A DNA stretch of 64,000 nt, from positions 8,556,001 to 8,620,000 of the forward strand of contig NC_043007.1 of the NCBI RefSeq assembly GCF_006345805.1, given 5' to 3'. Positions 59,718-64,000 of this stretch are shown in pieces (positions within the stretch are counted from its first letter, which is position 1; each line of letters begins with the position of its first letter). The translations under genes and the position numbers were made by a program. The stretch is from Octopus sinensis. Taxonomy: Eukaryota. The notes beneath the pieces were generated by a model. The model had not been told where the DNA came from and made no database searches. It saw only the letters and a list, made by a program, of their open reading frames with translations.

Positions 59718-60956
59718 CTATTTAAAAGCCAGATAAGTGTAACGCCGCCAATGGGGGCATCGAAAAGCCGACTGTAAAAGCCCGTTTACCATCCGGCCTC
59801 TGGCAAACAAAATATGGAAGAGTTCGGAGACACAAAGGTTGCACTGCCTTCTGCCCCTATCAAATGGGAGGGCCACCGACAAAATTGACCATTCCAGCCT
59901 GTAGCTTAAGTTCGTATCCTTCAGTCGCCATATTAGCTTACTGAGTCCCGTGGTCTGGCGCTTGTTCATGTCCCGAAAAGTTGCGTAATGGTTGGAGACA
60001 CGCAAAGACAATCTTGAGGATGAGGCCCCTACATAAGTGAAGACATCTGAGTCCGTGTAAACCTTGCATTGGTAGACGGCGTTTTTGATCTTGGAGTTCG
60101 CCGACGTGAATCTTATTCTGCTAGGATTAGTTTCTGAAATTAGAACTGCGTTCCTGTCACTATATTCGTTCCGAGACCTGCAGCCGCTTACTACTCTATT
60201 TTCCACTACGTCACTATTAACTATAGGAATAACCCCTGATTCTCCACTATCTATCAGGGTGCTGTCATTGCTACTGCCCGTGGTGCTGCTATTGCGGGAA
60301 ATGATGCTGGGGATGCTATTGGGGCTCTCTACCCTACTCCCATTGTTACCGTCAACCACAACACCCCTATTTATAACTATACCCCTAGTGGGTACTCCCT
60401 GGCTGGAGCTGAGATTATGTGTCACTGTACTGGCTCTCATATCATTATTACTACTATAATTATTCCTACTGAGCATTAGACCGGGAGCGGAAGAGGCTGT
60501 GCCTCCGGAAAAAGGTGATAGGGTCTTAGTAAGTAGCCTATTATTATGGGAGGCGATTATCTGGGCGAGGTTTTTAGTGTTGGAGAAAGCTATCCTAACT
60601 TTATGCGAGTTAACCGTGGAGTAATATTTGGAATTTCTGGGGAAGTTATTGGCGATGGCTTGTCTAAACATGAGAGGGAGGTTAGTTCTAATCTGCTTAC
60701 CAAAGGGGATTACAAACCATATATGCTTATTCCTATCAGTGTGATGGGTCGGGACGCCAGCTCTCGCGTTCGGGTGGGTGATTCTCGGATGAATAACGGG
60801 TCTTGGGTTAGTGTAAGACCTCCCGGACCGATAATTATCCTTGTTCGCTAAATTAAATGCGGGAGCGACTACCCCGGCATCTGCCGCGCTCCCGTCCTTA
60901 CTTAAAATGTTAATGTTATTATATACGGCCCTATCCTGATAACCGAATGATGGCAT
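59718..60956 (-). CDS. 412-aa ORF: PLE RT thumb/C-terminal remnant + low-complexity linker + GIY-YIG endonuclease
   Basis: HIWFVIPF...FPRNSKYYSTVNSHKVRIAFSNTKNLAQIIASHNNRLL resembles the PLE post-RT region. GIY-YIG motifs: VYQCKV, TYVGAS, LRVSNH, LSKLIWRLK, WSIL, CNLCVSE, RCPH. No YxDD motif. Confidence 0.8.
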   Translation of the reverse strand: MPSFGYQDRAVYNNINILSKDGSAADAGVVAPAFNLANKDNYRSGRSYTNPRPVIHPRITHPNARAGVPTHHTDRNKHIWFVIPFGKQIRTNLPLMFRQAIANNFPRNSKYYSTVNSHKVRIAFSNTKNLAQIIASHNNRLLTKTLSPFSGGTASSAPGLMLSRNNYSSNNDMRASTVTHNLSSSQGVPTRGIVINRGVVVDGNNGSRVESPNSIPSIISRNSSTTGSSNDSTLIDSGESGVIPIVNSDVVENRVVSGCRSRNEYSDRNAVLISETNPSRIRFTSANSKIKNAVYQCKVYTDSDVFTYVGASSSRLSLRVSNHYATFRDMNKRQTTGLSKLIWRLKDTNLSYRLEWSILSVALPFDRGRRQCNLCVSELFHILFARGRMVNGLLQSAFRCPHWRRYTYLAFK

Positions 60957-60969
60957 CGGAAGGGCCGGA

Positions 60970-61485
60970 TCTCGCGGCAGTAGCCACTGACAGCCGAACG
61001 ATCAAACGCACACACGTACACAAAAAATGTTTTCTACCCCTACGCCAACACACACATATATAGAACTATACACACACACACGTCTCTAAGTAGATTTTTT
61101 CTCGCCCCTTATAAAACATCCAATATTCCTTAAATAGTCAGAACTTTATTCTCAGTCACAAAGAACACCCACACACCCTCACCCACATGATTGACCGATG
61201 CCTGACCCGTTAAATTCTTCAGCCACCGGTTCTCAACATACACTGATAAACAGTTTCGCCATGGGCTCTTAGGAGCATAGTTCGATTTGTTTTTGCTCCG
61301 CCTCTGTTCTGTTTTTGTTTTTCCAACGGATTTCCTATTTTCTTCCTGAAGAGAAAGACACAATATGGTCCCATTATTCAATCGGATTTTGGTAATTTGT
61401 GCCTTTCGAAACACGTGTAGAATGAAATAAAACGATTTCTGTTCAATCTGCGTTCAGCTCCATTTCTTCAATTCACCAATAATGT

Positions 61486-61486
<1 letters not shown>
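60970..61486. repeat. Right arm of ~518-bp inverted repeat
   Basis: Reverse complement of 58982-59500. Confidence 0.95.
61336..61429 (+). ncRNA. Type I hammerhead ribozyme (right arm)
   Basis: Stem I TATTTTCTTC/GAATGAAATA; core CTGAAGA (61346-52); stem II GAAAGACACAA/TTGTGCCTTTC; GAAA (61408-11); stem III AC-ACGT-GT; predicted cleavage after GTA at 61419. Confidence 0.85.
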
Positions 61487-61538
<52 letters not shown>

Positions 61539-61553
61539 TGTGTGTGTGTGTGT

Positions 61554-61626
<73 letters not shown>

Positions 61627-61627
<1 letters not shown>

Positions 61628-61897
61628 CATCATCATCATTTTCATTTAGCGTCCGTTCTCCATGCTAGCATGGGTTGGACGGTTCAACTGGGGTCTGTGA
61701 AGCTGGAAGGCTTCATCAGGCCCAGTCAGATCTGGCAGTGTTTCTACGGCTGGATGCCCTTCCTAACGTCAACCACTCCGTGAGTGTAGTGGGTGCTTTT
61801 TACGTGCCACCCGCACAGGTGCCAGACAGAGCTGGCAAACGGCCACGAACGGATGGTGCTTTTTACGTGTCACCGGCACGGGGGCCAGACAGAGCTG

Positions 61898-61967
<70 letters not shown>

Positions 61968-62755
61968 ATATATATGTATATATATATAATATATGTATAT
62001 ATATATATGTCAGCCTCGTCTGGCACCTGTGTCGGTGGCACATAAAATCACCCACTACACTCTCGGAGTGGTTGGCATTAGGAAGGGCATCCAGCTGTAG
62101 AAACACTGCCAGATCTGACTGGACTGGTGCAGCTTTCGGGCTCCCCAGACCCCAGTTGAACCGTCCAACCCATGCTAGCATGGAAAGCGGACGTTAAATG
62201 ATGATGATGATGATGATGATGTATATATATATATATGTATATATATATGTATATATATATCATCATCATCATCATCATCATCGTTTAACGTCCGTTTTCC
62301 GCGCTAGCACTGGTTGGACAGTTCGACCAGGGTCTGGGGAACCAGGGGCTGCTCCAGGCTCCAGTCTGATCTGGCAGTGTTTCTACAACTGGATGCCCTT
62401 CCTAACGCCAACCACTCTGCGAGTGTAGTGGGTGCTTTTTACGTGCCACCTGCACAGGTGCCAGAGGGGTCTGGCATCGGCCACGATCGGTTGGTGCTTT
62501 TTATGTGCCACCGGCACAGAAGCCAGTCGAGGCGGCACTGGCAACGGCCACGTTCGGATGGTGCTTTTTATGTGCCACCGGCACAGGTATCACAACTACT
62601 GTTTCCATTGATATTTGGTTCAATGTTCATGTACATGCACTTGACTCAACAGGTCTCCTCAAGCACAGCGAGATGTTCCAGGATCCAAGGTACTTTGAAT
62701 GGGCAGGGGGTATGCGGAACTGGTGCCGGAAGCATCCCGGGTCTTAGTAGTCACA
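61627..62755. mobile_element. Cluster of three RTE tail fragments in mixed orientation within (TA)n/(CAT)n
   Basis: About 61627-61895 (-), 62009-62220 (+) and 62260-62755 (-). Confidence 0.85.
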
Positions 62756-62766
62756 GCTATATATAT

Positions 62767-64000
62767 ATCATCATCATCATCATCATTTAACGTCCGCTTT
62801 CCATGCTGGCATGGGTTGGACGGTTCAACTGGGGTCAGGGAAGCCAGAAGGCTGCACCAGGCCCAGTCTGATCTGGCAGTGTTTCTACAGCTGGATGCCC
62901 TTCCTAACGCCAACCACTCCGTGAGTGTAGTGGGTGCTTTTTACGTGCCACCGGCACTGGTATCACGGCTATATATTCCATTGATGTAGGCCACGGGATT
63001 CCCAGGTGTAGGCCACGGGATTATGGCCTCACTTGTCCTGCCGGGTCTTCTCACGCACAGCATACATCTATAGGTCTCAGTCTCCAGTCATTTCCTCGGT
63101 GAGACCTAAAGTTCGAAGGTTGTGCTTCACCACCTCTTCCCAGGCTTTCCTGGGTCTACCTCTTCCACAGATTCCCTCAACCGCTAGGATGTGGCACTTT
63201 TTCACACAACTATCTTCATCCATTCTCGCCACATGACCATACCAGCACAAACGTCTCTCTTGCACACCACGACTGATACTTCTTAGGTCCAACTTTTCTC
63301 TCAAAGTACTTACACTCTGTTGAGTATGAACACTGACATTACACATCCATCGGAGCATACTGGCTTCATTTCTTGCAAGCTTACGCATATCCTCAGCAGT
63401 CACGGCCCATGTTTCACTGCCATGTAGCATAGCTGTTCGTACACATGCGTCATACAATCTGCCATTTACTCTGAGCGAGAGGCCTTTTGTCACCAGCAGA
63501 GGTAAGAGCTCTCTGAACTTTGCCCAGGCTATTCTTACTCTAGCAGTTACACTTTCAGCGCACCCGCCCCCGCTACTGACTTGGTCACCTAGGCAACGGA
63601 AGCTATCAACAATTCCTAGTTTTTCTCCCTGGAATGTGGCGGAAGATGGTCTCTGCATATTTTCAGTGTTTATTACTCCCGAGCACCTGCCACATACAAA
63701 AACTATTTTCCTAGTTAGCCTTCCTTTGACATTGCTGCACCTCTTATGTGTCCATAGCTTACACTTGGTGCATCTTATAGAGTTTCTACCTACGCCTTTT
63801 CTACAGATCGAGCAGGGCCATCTACCTGAGGGTGTTTGTGATTTGTCTACCTTCCTACTTATTAGAACTATGGTTTTAGCTAGGTTGACTCTTAGGCCCT
63901 TCGATTCTAATCCTTGCTTCCACACCTGAAACCTCTCCTCCAGTTCTGATAGTGACTCAGCAATTAGGGCAAGGTCATCAGCATAGAGGAGCTCCCAGGG
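62767..64000 (-). mobile_element. RTE-type LINE running off the window edge
   Basis: ORF 63077-63925 (282 aa RT C-terminal half with CxxC...CxxC...H..C motif), shortened 3' UTR, tail. Confidence 0.9.

Larger units (their letters stand above)
58830..61486 (-). mobile_element. Penelope-like element (Neptune-like), RT-core-less, with inverted hammerhead-containing pseudo-LTR arms, inserted in (TA)n
   Basis: Inverted arms 58982-59500 and 60970-61486, GIY-YIG ORF between them, hammerhead in each arm, (TA)n on both flanks. Confidence 0.85.

Overview
AT-rich, microsatellite-rich animal genomic DNA. The repeat content looks like an octopus/coleoid cephalopod, which is an inference. The window lies mostly inside one large minus-strand gene, PSME4 (PA200/Blm10 proteasome activator). 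I traced 24 consecutive GT-AG exons from 53675 down to 6069. Their phases join into one open frame of 2542 nt (847 full codons). The first coding exon and the 3' part of the gene were not found in the window. The introns are filled with mobile elements: 5'-truncated RTE-type LINEs and their (GAT)n tails, tRNA-derived SINEs, a decayed mariner, Tc1/mariner and piggyBac-type MITEs, three Helitron derivatives and three Penelope-like element (PLE) relics. The most striking object is at 58830-61486. It has two ~99% identical ~518-bp inverted arms, each carrying a complete-core type I hammerhead ribozyme. The arms bracket an uninterrupted 412-codon ORF that keeps a PLE GIY-YIG endonuclease but lacks the reverse-transcriptase catalytic core, and the whole unit sits in a (TA)n tract. 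Most other ORFs in the supplied track are spurious translations of repeats.
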